DNA of 64,000 nt from Nitrosopumilus sp. (lineage in GTDB: Archaea; Thermoproteota; Nitrososphaeria; Nitrososphaerales; Nitrosopumilaceae): positions 1,975,849 through 2,039,848 of the forward strand of contig CBDBLX010000002.1 of NCBI GenBank assembly GCA_965207445.1, read 5' to 3'. Under the pieces are notes generated by a model. The model did not search any database and was not told where the DNA came from. It saw nothing but the letters and a program-made list of their open reading frames with translations. Below, in pieces: positions 53,985-64,000 of the stretch. The translations under genes and the position numbers were made by a program. Position 1 is the stretch's first letter; each line of letters begins with the position of its first letter.

Positions 53985-54800
53985 CTAGACAGATTCAGGC
54001 ATCTCCATCTGAGTCTTTTTCTTTAGTCGTTTTGGTAACAATTTTCGTACCATACTTCTCATAATTACTTGCTGTTGATGTATTGGTAGAGTTGCATCCA
54101 TTACAACAAATCCTTCACGTTTGTGCATCTTCTCATACTGTTCTATTATACGACTTTGAAATATACGAAAGCTCTCATAGATATCCTTTGAGAGGTTTAG
54201 ATCTGCGCCAGCTTCATAGAACTTTATCTTTGGTCTACCAGACAGAATCCTATCCATTGCAATATCAAGTGGTACTCGAAAGTAAAATGTAATGTCAGGC
54301 TTTATTGCAAAATCATACACTTTTCTTATCCACAGAGGATCGCATCTACGTGTAACATCTCTAGCATATGCAGTGTAGACATATCTGTCTGCTAGAACGA
54401 AATAACCTGCATGCAGTAATGGTAGTATGTGTCGCTCAAATCGATCTGCAAAGTCAGTTGCATGCAACAAACTAAATGTAGTCGGAGTCAGTATCTCTTT
54501 CTTTTTGCCCTTTGATGTTATAGAGCGAACTTTGTCTGATGAGTTCCACTCTGTACGAAATACCTCAAACTCGTTGTATTGAAGCCATTTCTCAAGCAGT
54601 TGTAGTTGTGTAGATTTGCCAGAGCCATCTATCCCTTCTACAACTATTAATTTGCCAGGGATATCTTCTTTTCTCCCCCTATTACTACCAATAGTAGACT
54701 TGCGGCGCAATACATTTTGCTTTGCAGATGCAGAGGCGCCTCCAATCTCCTTTGAGGATTGCAATGACGTATTATACATGAGTGATATTTTTGTTGGCAA
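53985..54800 (-). CDS. Thymidylate-kinase-like protein (candidate PPK3 catalytic subunit)
   Basis: EGIDGSGKST, HATDFADR, ADRYVYTAYARD. Confidence 0.88.
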   Translation of the reverse strand: MPTKISLMYNTSLQSSKEIGGASASAKQNVLRRKSTIGSNRGRKEDIPGKLIVVEGIDGSGKSTQLQLLEKWLQYNEFEVFRTEWNSSDKVRSITSKGKKKEILTPTTFSLLHATDFADRFERHILPLLHAGYFVLADRYVYTAYARDVTRRCDPLWIRKVYDFAIKPDITFYFRVPLDIAMDRILSGRPKIKFYEAGADLNLSKDIYESFRIFQSRIIEQYEKMHKREGFVVMDATLPIHQQQVIMRSMVRKLLPKRLKKKTQMEMPESV

Positions 54801-54834
54801 TCTATAAATTTTGTGAATATATTATATACAGATG

Positions 54835-56492
54835 TCAACAAGACACATCAAACTTTGCAGTAAATGGGACACCAAATGCATCCTGTAGTCGCTCACACAC
54901 TTCTTGCAGAATCAATTTTGGGAGTACCACATTATCTGCCCTCTGATCAATGTTTATTTTTAGTGTGATAGTACCACCTTTGTCCAATTCAGGCGTCATT
55001 GAAACATAAGAAGATTTGCTCAGTATTTGGTGCAAAAATATTATTGCAGATAGCCGTCGAATCCACTAACATTTTGTCATATGGTGCCAGTAATTGTCTC
55101 CAAATTGTTCATCACACTTATGTCAGTCTTGCGACGTTTACGCGTATTCATTATTGCGAGCGCAGCAAATAGTTGATCTATATGATTTAGATAAGAGTCA
55201 TCATCCATTATCGTATACAAAACATTTGAGACATCTCGAAATGAGATTAGTCGATCAGTCTGTTTTAGAGCGTAAAATATTATTGGTCGATCAGTGGTAC
55301 GCAACAAATTAGCAGCAAGTAAAATGTTTATCAGTGCATTAACACCGGATGTGATCAATGACACGGGTGGTGTTGCAGCATAAAGTATAGTCTCACGTAC
55401 ATGTTGTTTGTCAATACTCTGTGATTCAAATACAGTAGGGTGTTGCAGAGATAATGCAAGCGATCCTTCACGCAGACCGTGCGCACTTACGATAAATTTT
55501 TCAGAGTGCATTTTTTTTAGAAACTGCAAAACTAACAGTACTGCTGCACGTATAGTATCTGCACGACTGCTACTGATGGTAGAGATTTTGTCAATCTTGT
55601 CAGGAGTCAAATCATGTATATTATCCCATATATCCTCAAGATTTCCCACGGTTAAAACATAGTTGTGTGTTTTTGACAATGGATATTTTATCTTCTCTTG
55701 TACGTATTTAGTCATAGAGCGTAGCGCTCCACCCACACCGATCACGGCAAATGCACTCTGACCATGGTGAGCATCATCATCTTGCAAGAATTTGTCAGTG
55801 TTATGTACACCAATATCTTTAGGATCAGGGAGTACTGTTGAGATGTAATTGGCCATGGCATCAAAATCAATTTGCTTGTAATTGTCGTCTTTTGCAAATT
55901 TTTGTGTCAAACGCAGTGCACCAAGAGGGTACGAGTTGGCACTTTTTATCTTATAGTCCCTTGCAACTACCACCTCCAAACTTCCTCCACCAATATCAAA
56001 GAACAGTGCAGAGGGTATGCGCAACATACGAATGGCACCCGTATAAGAGTAGTATGCCTCATCAGCATCAGAGAGTATCTTAAAAGCTATTCCAGTTTCA
56101 CTATGTATACGCTTTATTATATCGCTACTATTTTTTGCATCTCGAATTGCACTAGTTGCAACTGCAACGATACGAGAGATGCCTTCAAATTCAATCTTTT
56201 CTTTGAAGAGACGGAGTGCATCAATAGTACGATCAATGTATTCTTGACGTATATTGCCATCATTATCAAATCCTTGCGATAATTTTAATCGTACAGAGTT
56301 GTGAGAGTATAGCTTAAATGTATTATGTGTATCCATTGCATAGTGTGTGAGTTTGAGAGAGTTAGAGCCGAGATCGATTACAGATGCAGCAGGTACACTA
56401 GAAGGGTTAATGACGGCATTAAATGGTAAAAGTTGATGCTCAGAGTGTTGTAATGAATCTTCATCCATGTTTGTCTCAGAGGTCATTATCAT
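54835..56492 (-). CDS. ppx: Ppx/GppA-family exopolyphosphatase, frameshifted near 55060-55100
   Basis: IDLGSNSLK, ATSAIRDA, DIGGGSLE, GLREG. The C-terminal part continues in other frames to 54835. Confidence 0.85.
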
Positions 56493-56524
56493 AAAATCAT
56501 TAAGTGGTAGTATACAAATTTTTT

Positions 56525-57091
56525 TTATTTGAGACGACTCAGTAGTTTTAGATGTTTTGGATGCAGCATATATCGTACAGTACCTCGCACCATAGAATTT
56601 GTAGCGTTTGCACGAATCATTACAAGTCCGCCTTTTTTGAGATTAAATGGGTTATGATAAAGCCTGTTGTGCAGAGTATCATTGTTGTTGTATCTCATGG
56701 GTGGTTCTGGGAAACTGATCATAGAGTATGCTAATGATGAGAGGTGAGGTTCGTGTCCTACAAGCATTATACATGCATCAGGCGCCATACGCATCAGATT
56801 TTTGTGAGTCTGATGTATATCAGATTCAGGTTTTAGATCTTTCCATATACGAATCTTAGGCAATGTCTTGCGATGAGATATATGCTTTGAGACGATCTCA
56901 GCAGTCTCCTTTGAGCGTACAAGTGGACTTGAGATTATAATATCAGGTTTAATTCCAATTGTAACAATTCCAGACGCTATCTCTTCTAGTTCTGCTCTGC
57001 CAGATTCGGTCAGTTTACGCTTCGAGTCGCTTGAGCCAATATAGTATTCTTCTGCTTTGCCATGTCTTAAAAGAAAAATATCCATTATCAA
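56525..57091 (-). CDS. sixA: Phosphohistidine phosphatase SixA
   Basis: LLRHGKAE, SSPLVRSKETA, LVGHEP, LKKGG. Confidence 0.93.
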   Translation of the reverse strand: MIMDIFLLRHGKAEEYYIGSSDSKRKLTESGRAELEEIASGIVTIGIKPDIIISSPLVRSKETAEIVSKHISHRKTLPKIRIWKDLKPESDIHQTHKNLMRMAPDACIMLVGHEPHLSSLAYSMISFPEPPMRYNNNDTLHNRLYHNPFNLKKGGLVMIRANATNSMVRGTVRYMLHPKHLKLLSRLK

Positions 57092-57157
57092 TACTAAGAA
57101 ATATCATATAAAAAGTGCGCTACGTATTTTATATTGTACACAGATTAGACATTTTGT

Positions 57158-58432
57158 ATGGTTATATCTCTAGTAAAAGTGCAACCATCTGCAAGTCACA
57201 ATGTTGTTAAAGAGGTGGTAAATGACAGTTATCAAGATATGAGTGTAAATAGTGATTCAAGTAAAGACAGTAAAGAAGATTCAGCAAGAGACAAAGAGAT
57301 AGTAGATGATGGTGAGCAGACAAAAAAAGAATCTGTAGATGATGGTAGTGGTAATTCGGATAGTGAAATAGTAGATGATGGTGGACAAGGGGATGGTGAT
57401 GATGGTAGTGGTAGTTCGGATAGTGAAATAGTAGATGATGGTAGTGGACAAGGGGATGGTGATGATGGTAGTGGTAGTTCGGATAGTGAAATAGTAGATG
57501 ATGGTGGACAAGGTGATGGTGATGATGGTAGTGGTAGTTCGGATAGTGAAATAGTAGATGATGGTGGACAAGGTGATGGTGATGATGGTAGTGGAGACAA
57601 GTCTGTAAATACAATGAAAGACAATAACTATGATGTTACTTCAAGTTCAATGAACAACATATATGCAAAAAAATCAACAGTGTATGCACTAGTGGTAGGA
57701 CTAGTTATAGCAGTAGGTATAGCAGGATTTATGGCAGGAGCATACATGATGAATATGGATCAAAAAGAACAGATAACACAAGAGAACATTGATGATGCAA
57801 TTGCAAAATTAGAATTAAAGATGCTACAGCAGCAACTAGCAAATAGACAACAGCAGCAGCAACCACCAGTAGTAAGAATATCAGCAGATGATGATCCAGT
57901 AATTGGAGATTCGAATGCACCAATTACAATCATAGAGTTTTCAGACTTTCAATGTCCATTCTGTGCAAGATTCAATGCTCAGACACTACCACTGATCGAA
58001 GAAGAATACATAGACAAAGGGTTGGTAAAACTTGTCTTTAGAGACTTTCCAATACAAAACATACACCCCAATGCAGTGATAACGGCACTAGCAGCAGAGT
58101 GTGCAGATGACCAAGATGATTTCAAAGGTATGCATGATATACTGTTTGAAAAACAACGAGAGTGGAGTAGTGTTGGTGCAGAAAGTATTTTGGCCGTACT
58201 AGTAGGATATGCAACTGAGATCGGTATCAATGCAGATGAGTTTGAGACATGTGTAGCCATGGGAACACATGTTGATGATATTAGAGGAGATTTGGAGGAT
58301 GGTAGAGCATATGGTGTGTCTGGAACACCAGGTTTTTACATAGGAAATGATAATATTGGATATGTAGAGATACAAGGTGCACAGCCATTTGAGAGTTTTA
58401 AGAGAGTAATAGACACTCAACTTGGATTATAA
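57158..58432 (+). CDS. DsbA-family thiol-disulfide oxidoreductase with acidic Gly/Asp repeat N-terminus
   Basis: FSDFQCPFC, GTPGF, GAQPF, TM anchor. Confidence 0.9.
   Translation: MVISLVKVQPSASHNVVKEVVNDSYQDMSVNSDSSKDSKEDSARDKEIVDDGEQTKKESVDDGSGNSDSEIVDDGGQGDGDDGSGSSDSEIVDDGSGQGDGDDGSGSSDSEIVDDGGQGDGDDGSGSSDSEIVDDGGQGDGDDGSGDKSVNTMKDNNYDVTSSSMNNIYAKKSTVYALVVGLVIAVGIAGFMAGAYMMNMDQKEQITQENIDDAIAKLELKMLQQQLANRQQQQQPPVVRISADDDPVIGDSNAPITIIEFSDFQCPFCARFNAQTLPLIEEEYIDKGLVKLVFRDFPIQNIHPNAVITALAAECADDQDDFKGMHDILFEKQREWSSVGAESILAVLVGYATEIGINADEFETCVAMGTHVDDIRGDLEDGRAYGVSGTPGFYIGNDNIGYVEIQGAQPFESFKRVIDTQLGL
57335..57595. repeat. In-frame 60-63 bp tandem repeat (SDSEIVDDGGQGDGDDGSG) x4
   Basis: Visible directly in both DNA and protein. 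Confidence 0.92.
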
Positions 58433-58657
58433 TTTGTGTGAATTGTGAATTTAGATCAAGAGACATTCATACAGTACAACATATCAATTGATGTCATTCC
58501 GATTCAGTTATAATTATGATCCCTTTTTGTACAAGAAATTGTATAGATTGTAAAAATGTGACATCATTAATTGTTCCTTTAACCCACCATCCGGCGCTGA
58601 CTCTCACCCATGAAGGTATCTTGTTCATGTCATCAACATCAACATCATCATCATCAA

Positions 58658-58738
58658 GTAACCGTTCAACCCCCGTACCTGCACCAGATGTTAGGCGGTG
58701 AATCTGTGCCTAAATTTGAGAAGAAGTTGAACTGCTAG
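58658..58738 (+). mobile_element. MITE family A copy
   Basis: GTAACCGTTCAACCCCCGTACCTGCACCAGATGTTAGGCGGTGAATCTGTGCCTAAATTTGAGAAGAAGTTGAACTGCTAG. Confidence 0.82.
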
Positions 58739-58848
58739 CATAATGGTATAGCGAGCGTTTATTAGACGTTTTAAATGCCGCAATGTCAGAATAATGACGA
58801 TAGGTGATGAGCTTTTCGGTCATTGCCAACAAAAAGTGAAAAAAGAAA

Positions 58849-60261
58849 ATGACAAAATTTACAGATCTAGGACTTGATGAGAAGATACTCAAGAGTATTG
58901 AGGAGTTGGGCTTTGAGGAACCATTTCCAATACAGTCAGCAGTCATTCCAGTTCTATTAACTGGGAGAGATGTAGTAGGGCAAGCCCACACAGGATCAGG
59001 CAAGACAGCAGCGTTTGTACTCTCAATGCTACAAGAGATACGTCCAGATAGAACGATTCAAGGATTGATCATGACACCAACAAGGGAGCTTGCAATACAG
59101 ATCACAGCAGAGATTAAAAAATTTGCCAAATATACAAAGATTAGAACAGCTAGCATCTATGGAGGTCAATCAATGGGTGCGCAATTAGATTCGTTAAGAT
59201 CAGGTGTGGAGATAGTTGTCGCCACTCCAGGAAGATTGATTGATCATATAAAACGTGGTACAATTAATCTCGAAAAAGTGACACACATAGTACTTGATGA
59301 AGCAGACACTATGCTAGATATGGGATTCATAGATGACATACAATTCATACTAGATGTATCTCCAGAGGAGAGGGTCATGTCACTGTTTTCTGCCACAATG
59401 CCAACTGAAATATTACGTCTCTCAGAAGACTATCTGAATAATCCAAAACAGTTTTTGCTTGATGCCGATGATTTAAGTGGCGAGGGGATAAACCAAGCAT
59501 TTTTGGTAATTAGAGACAAGGAAAAATTCAAGTATGTTATGCAGTTTCTCAAAGAAACACGCGGGCAGTGCATCATATTCTGCTCGACTAAATACAGAAC
59601 CAGAGATGTTAGCAGATATCTACACAAAGAGAGGGTTGATGCAGTGACGATTGAAGGTGACATGTCACAAGTCAGAAGAGAACAGTCGATGGCAAAGTTT
59701 CGTAGTGGTAAAGCAAGGATACTAGTTGCAACAGATGTTGCATCAAGGGGAATAGATGTCCCAATGGTAGCACTTGTAATCAACTATGATGTCCCAAACC
59801 AAGAGATGACATACTTTCATAGAATAGGAAGAACTGCAAGAGCAGGTGCAGAGGGTAAAGCAATTACACTTGTGTCATATTCATCCATAGGTGATTGGAA
59901 TATAATAAAACGACAGATCAAAGTACCACTACAAGATCTCAATGAATCTATGGGGATTACAATATCAATACCAGACCCACTAAAAAGAGTAATACCGAAG
60001 AGGAGGTATGGCGGTGGCCAAGGCGGCCAAGGCGGTAATAAAAGAAATATGGGTTATCGTAGAGATGGTGGCAATAGAAGAAGAAGAAGAAGTGGTGGCA
60101 GTGGTGGCAATAATAGAAGATATGGTGGCAGTGGTGGCAATAATAGAAGATATGGTGGTGAGGCATACGATCCAAGAGATGGCAAGAGAAAAAGCTCGAG
60201 ACGATGGAATAATAATCGTAATGACAAAGGTGGCGGCAATAAAAATAGACGGGACAAATAG
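58849..60261 (+). CDS. DEAD-box RNA helicase (DeaD/CshA-like) with RGG-like tail
   Basis: Q motif, AHTGSGKT, PTRELA, DEAD, SAT, HRIGRTAR. Confidence 0.97.
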   Translation: MTKFTDLGLDEKILKSIEELGFEEPFPIQSAVIPVLLTGRDVVGQAHTGSGKTAAFVLSMLQEIRPDRTIQGLIMTPTRELAIQITAEIKKFAKYTKIRTASIYGGQSMGAQLDSLRSGVEIVVATPGRLIDHIKRGTINLEKVTHIVLDEADTMLDMGFIDDIQFILDVSPEERVMSLFSATMPTEILRLSEDYLNNPKQFLLDADDLSGEGINQAFLVIRDKEKFKYVMQFLKETRGQCIIFCSTKYRTRDVSRYLHKERVDAVTIEGDMSQVRREQSMAKFRSGKARILVATDVASRGIDVPMVALVINYDVPNQEMTYFHRIGRTARAGAEGKAITLVSYSSIGDWNIIKRQIKVPLQDLNESMGITISIPDPLKRVIPKRRYGGGQGGQGGNKRNMGYRRDGGNRRRRRSGGSGGNNRRYGGSGGNNRRYGGEAYDPRDGKRKSSRRWNNNRNDKGGGNKNRRDK

Positions 60262-60790
60262 TAAATCATAAAGTCAATTACAATGGATTTGGCCATAGAT
60301 TTGAGTAATACGAGTAAAGTATCTGCAACCACACACCAATATTGTTTATAAAAAGCATGACTGTAAATGCAGATGTAAAACATGCCTCATAAATATAGGC
60401 ATATTTTGAATATAAATAATGACAGTCAAGTAACATCCAAATTTATCAAGGTAGAATATAATAAATGGACACTTGTATTATTTACTGTAAATTATCTCAT
60501 CAAACTTACAAGTGACGTAAATGATATTCTATTTAGTTACAAGTCACCTGTGATTGTTTGTGCTTGTATGATTATTAACTATCCTCAAATATTGCATTGT
60601 TAAAGGCAAGATATCCACAACTAGAATACACTTTGATAGTTATACCAAACATTGTAGTAAAAATTGTTACTAGAAATATTTTGAATAAACATCTAGCATT
60701 TACAAAATACACAATAAACTACAAAACCAATGCCAATTATGGTTTTATACCGAAGATTTAAAGACTTCAAAGCACAACACATAGCATACA

Positions 60791-61021
60791 ATGCAAAAAG
60801 GATTTGTTTTGTTGAATTGTGATCTAGGTGCAGAAGAGCAGATTGTACAAAAGATGTTACAAATGGATAAAGTTAAAAGTGCATATTTAACGTTTGGAGC
60901 ATACGATGTAATTGCAGAGATAAATGCACCAGACCAAGAATCATTTGAAAAAAATGTTGCAGATATTAGATCGCTTGCAAGTGTTGTAAGTACAATGACA
61001 CTCAATATAGTAGAGTCATAA
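60791..61021 (+). CDS. Lrp/AsnC ligand-binding (RAM) domain protein
   Basis: GFVLLNC..G.E, TFGAYDVIAEI, STMTL. Confidence 0.88.
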   Translation: MQKGFVLLNCDLGAEEQIVQKMLQMDKVKSAYLTFGAYDVIAEINAPDQESFEKNVADIRSLASVVSTMTLNIVES

Positions 61022-61164
61022 TCATAAAACAAACACTACATGTGGAATATAGCAGGCATTCATCCAAGTTATAAAATCAACATAAAATGTACATTGTTCC
61101 AACACAAGTCACATTGAATTGACACAAGTCACATAACATATAGCAAGGAATGAAATAATATCAT

Positions 61165-61458
61165 ATGTTGAAGACCATAAAATATGATCCACCAGTATGG
61201 GTACTTGATTACAACAATCCAAAACCATTACTTGATCATGCAGTACATATGCTTGAGAGACATGGGATAAAAAAAGATGATATGGAGATTACCGAAACAC
61301 CAACTGCAAAGATTGGATCAATTGTAGTTGACATTTGGCCATATGAATTGATAATCAATAGAGTTCGGACAATTAGAAATCAGTCATTTATCAGTGGCAC
61401 AGAGCACACAATAGAACTCAAACTAGACGAAAACGGGAATTATGTGGATTATCTTTGA
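61165..61458 (+). CDS. Conserved hypothetical protein
   Basis: 97-aa ORF whose stop overlaps the next start (TTGA). Confidence 0.72.
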   Translation: MLKTIKYDPPVWVLDYNNPKPLLDHAVHMLERHGIKKDDMEITETPTAKIGSIVVDIWPYELIINRVRTIRNQSFISGTEHTIELKLDENGNYVDYL

Positions 61459-62207
61459 GAACAAAAAAGAAGAGAGAGAGACGCGAGGCAAAAAAGTCTA
61501 AAAACGACAAGATTCGCAACATGGTCATAATTACAGTTGCAGCGGCAATTGTGGGCGGGATTATCGCATACAACTATTCAGTAGAACAGACAAAACAGAA
61601 AGGACTAGTATTTGGCACGGAGCTTGAATCAATACAAGATGAAATCAAAACTATACAAACAACATTTTATTCCGAAAAAACAAAATGGGAGGAAGGGGAT
61701 CAGAGTCGTGATCAACTCTTAGAATTTTATGATAGACATGTAAACGAATTTGAAAAGATCATAGACAAATACGACAAACTAGAACCGCCAGAGGTATTCA
61801 AAGGATCAGTAGAGATGCTAAAACTCTCATCAAAATCTCAACTTGAAAGCGACATTGAATACATAAAGTGGGTCAAAGCAGATGATAATGCAGCAAAAAT
61901 AAGATCAGATGTGTTATTACAAGACGCATTAAAGTATGAATTGATGGGGTTAGTAGAATTTTACTCTGCAAAGACAGGAGTAACATCATACGATGACACT
62001 GGCGAGAAATTCTCAAGACCAAAAGTAGATAACACAGAAAAGATAAATCAAGTTGTGAATCACATGATTGTCGAATGTGACAAAAAGTTTGGTTCAGACA
62101 ATATAACACAAAACAATACTAGCATAATAGATACACCAAATCCAGAATGGGTCACATGTATAACAAATGCAGAAGAGTGGAAACAGACACACACCCGTCA
62201 CAAATAA
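61455..62207 (+). CDS. Membrane-anchored hypothetical protein
   Basis: Basic N-terminus, one TM segment, helical domain. Confidence 0.75.
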   Translation: MRTKKKRERREAKKSKNDKIRNMVIITVAAAIVGGIIAYNYSVEQTKQKGLVFGTELESIQDEIKTIQTTFYSEKTKWEEGDQSRDQLLEFYDRHVNEFEKIIDKYDKLEPPEVFKGSVEMLKLSSKSQLESDIEYIKWVKADDNAAKIRSDVLLQDALKYELMGLVEFYSAKTGVTSYDDTGEKFSRPKVDNTEKINQVVNHMIVECDKKFGSDNITQNNTSIIDTPNPEWVTCITNAEEWKQTHTRHK

Positions 62208-62419
62208 TCAAAGATACATTAATTCTCAAAATAACAACAAATGTAAATATTGTAAATTAATGTGAACAATTTAAGAAATATAATTTTCATGTAATTTGTA
62301 ATGCCGATCATCAACACTTAATTTTTGTACAGTAGATGAACAACAATATAATACCATAGCACCGTCGTAAGCATAAGCATTATTTAGTTGAATCATTTTT
62401 TATTTTTCCAATTGCAATA

Positions 62420-63319
62420 GTGACATTAATGTACAAGCACCATTATGTAGTATCAATGCAGGCAAGAAATATTAAATCAAATCTAACTATAATATGCTCA
62501 ATTACAATAGCAGTATTTACAATAGCATGTATAGCACATCCTACACACATCCCATCATTATCATCACCATTATCATCATCATCACAATCACATACAGCAT
62601 TTGCTCAGATCATAGAAAATGATCAATATTATATTGGTGATGATGGTTCCCTACACGTTGTAGGCGAGATCATAAATGACTTGGATGTTCCGTTGAGTAG
62701 AGCAGTTGTGCATGTTAGCATATATGATGAGAATGAAAATACCATATTTGAGAAAGAGACAAGCTCACTCGTAAATACGATAATGCCAGGTATGAGAGGG
62801 CCATTTGATCTGATAATAACGAATATAGACATTACAGAATACACAATGCAAAATAATGAGATCAAATACATATTTGATCTTGACTATGACTTTGCAACCC
62901 CAAAGAGACAAGTCATTGACATTTTAGAATCAGAAATGTCAAGGGATAGGCATGGAAACTGGATTATAACAGGTATGGTTGTAAACAAGGGGGAGATAAC
63001 AGCAAATACAATATCAGTGGTGGCAACCATATATGATGATACAAGAAACGTTGCAGCAGTGACACGCGTACATACAGAACCAGACTATTTAGGTGCAGGT
63101 GAGAGTACATTTTTTGCAATAGCAATACCTGATAAAACGCACACAATAGATGCCGCCACATACGACTTGGTCGCAGAGTCAGAAGAATATGCAGCAGTTC
63201 CAGAATTTCCTATTGGTACTGTAATACTTTTAGTGGCTACATTTTCTGCATATGTACTAGTAACTAGACTAGTGAAACTACCTATGACAAACCTGATCTC
63301 TGCAACAAATGTAAAGTAG
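62420..63319 (+). CDS. Exported FxLYD-like-domain protein with PEF-CTERM-type tail
   Basis: VVGEIIND..VSIYD and ITGMVVN..ATIYD repeats, AVPEFP-TM tail. Confidence 0.8.
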   Translation: MTLMYKHHYVVSMQARNIKSNLTIICSITIAVFTIACIAHPTHIPSLSSPLSSSSQSHTAFAQIIENDQYYIGDDGSLHVVGEIINDLDVPLSRAVVHVSIYDENENTIFEKETSSLVNTIMPGMRGPFDLIITNIDITEYTMQNNEIKYIFDLDYDFATPKRQVIDILESEMSRDRHGNWIITGMVVNKGEITANTISVVATIYDDTRNVAAVTRVHTEPDYLGAGESTFFAIAIPDKTHTIDAATYDLVAESEEYAAVPEFPIGTVILLVATFSAYVLVTRLVKLPMTNLISATNVK

Positions 63320-63773
63320 GTTCAATGCTTGCCACCAATGCATTCTTTTCAAGTGGTATTGGTTTGGAAAATCTCACAGGAAATGTTATTGTTAGCATAT
63401 CCTGATCAGTGTGAGATATACGAACCACATGTCGTTGAAGACACCCCAACTCAGACAAGAACTCTTTCCATTTTTTAATATGAGAGTTTACACGCAATAC
63501 GTTGTCCTGAACAGTGCTAATTCCAGTTGCAAGATCAGTATCAAACATACCAAATTTTACCATTGGGACCATTATAGCACCACCTGAAACACTATCATGG
63601 TTTTTGAGCATGGACGCTATAATCTCATCACGCTTATCAGAAGGATATACGTCACCGTAATCAGGATCAAAGTATCCCATTACCATCTTTTTAGAATCAT
63701 ATATACGAAAAAAATCTTCATCAAGATCAAGCTTCCACTGTGACTTTGACAACAATATGACAAATACGAACAA
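63282..63773 (-). CDS. Conserved hypothetical protein
   Basis: 163-aa ORF with GYFDPDYG and SHTDQDML. Confidence 0.72.
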   Translation of the reverse strand: MFVFVILLSKSQWKLDLDEDFFRIYDSKKMVMGYFDPDYGDVYPSDKRDEIIASMLKNHDSVSGGAIMVPMVKFGMFDTDLATGISTVQDNVLRVNSHIKKWKEFLSELGCLQRHVVRISHTDQDMLTITFPVRFSKPIPLEKNALVASIEPTLHLLQRSGLS

Positions 63774-63974
63774 GCAAATAAACTATAAGCAACAAGCCAA
63801 ACTAGTACACAAGGTAAACTTCACATCACAATATTTAACGCAACGCATTACAAATAGTTCAGTTTAATTTGATGTATAATGTGACTAGTTTGAAGTTTAA
63901 AATAACATAAACAAAATCCAAGTTTGGTATGTAAATGTAATATGGTTCAGTTTAATAATACAAACACATTATTT

Positions 63975-64000
63975 GTGTGAACCAAGTTCCATGACGGGTA
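63975..64000 (+). mobile_element. Start of a second MITE family B copy or parent IS (runs off the window)
   Basis: GTGTGAACCAAGTTCCATGAC matches the family B terminus GTGTGAACCAAGCTCCGTGCC. Confidence 0.65.

Noticed and set aside
57207..57624. His-rich and Ser/Pro-rich antisense ORFs
   Set aside because: These are shadow frames of the DsbA acidic repeat.

Overview
Archaeal window with the gene content and order of an ammonia-oxidising Nitrosopumilaceae (Thaumarchaeota/Nitrososphaerota) genome: fused RpoA'A'', rpoB, rpoH, Sm, rpS13/rpS4, SUF operon, larB/C/E, PEFG-CTERM and CFI-box surface proteins, and a multicopper oxidase-ZIP pair. It is AT-rich, with long eroded intergenic regions, many minisatellites and low-complexity protein tails; this suggests a host-associated lineage (inference only). 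The first ~2.45 kb is a visibly more GC-rich foreign segment (orphan ORF plus a decayed antitoxin/PIN pair). It is bordered by a broken IS110 recombinase whose upstream non-coding end folds into two stem/internal-loop/stem units, like a bridge RNA. Other notable items: two families of 70-100 bp MITE-like elements, each with one copy retaining a perfect 8-bp target-site duplication; a sixA-ppx-tmk-tmk operon resembling a heteromeric family-3 polyphosphate kinase system; a C/D-box-like sRNA; apparent ATA start codons in rpoH and larE; and a DtxR-type operator before the oxidase-ZIP operon. All calls come from reading the sequence and recalled family motifs; no searches were run.
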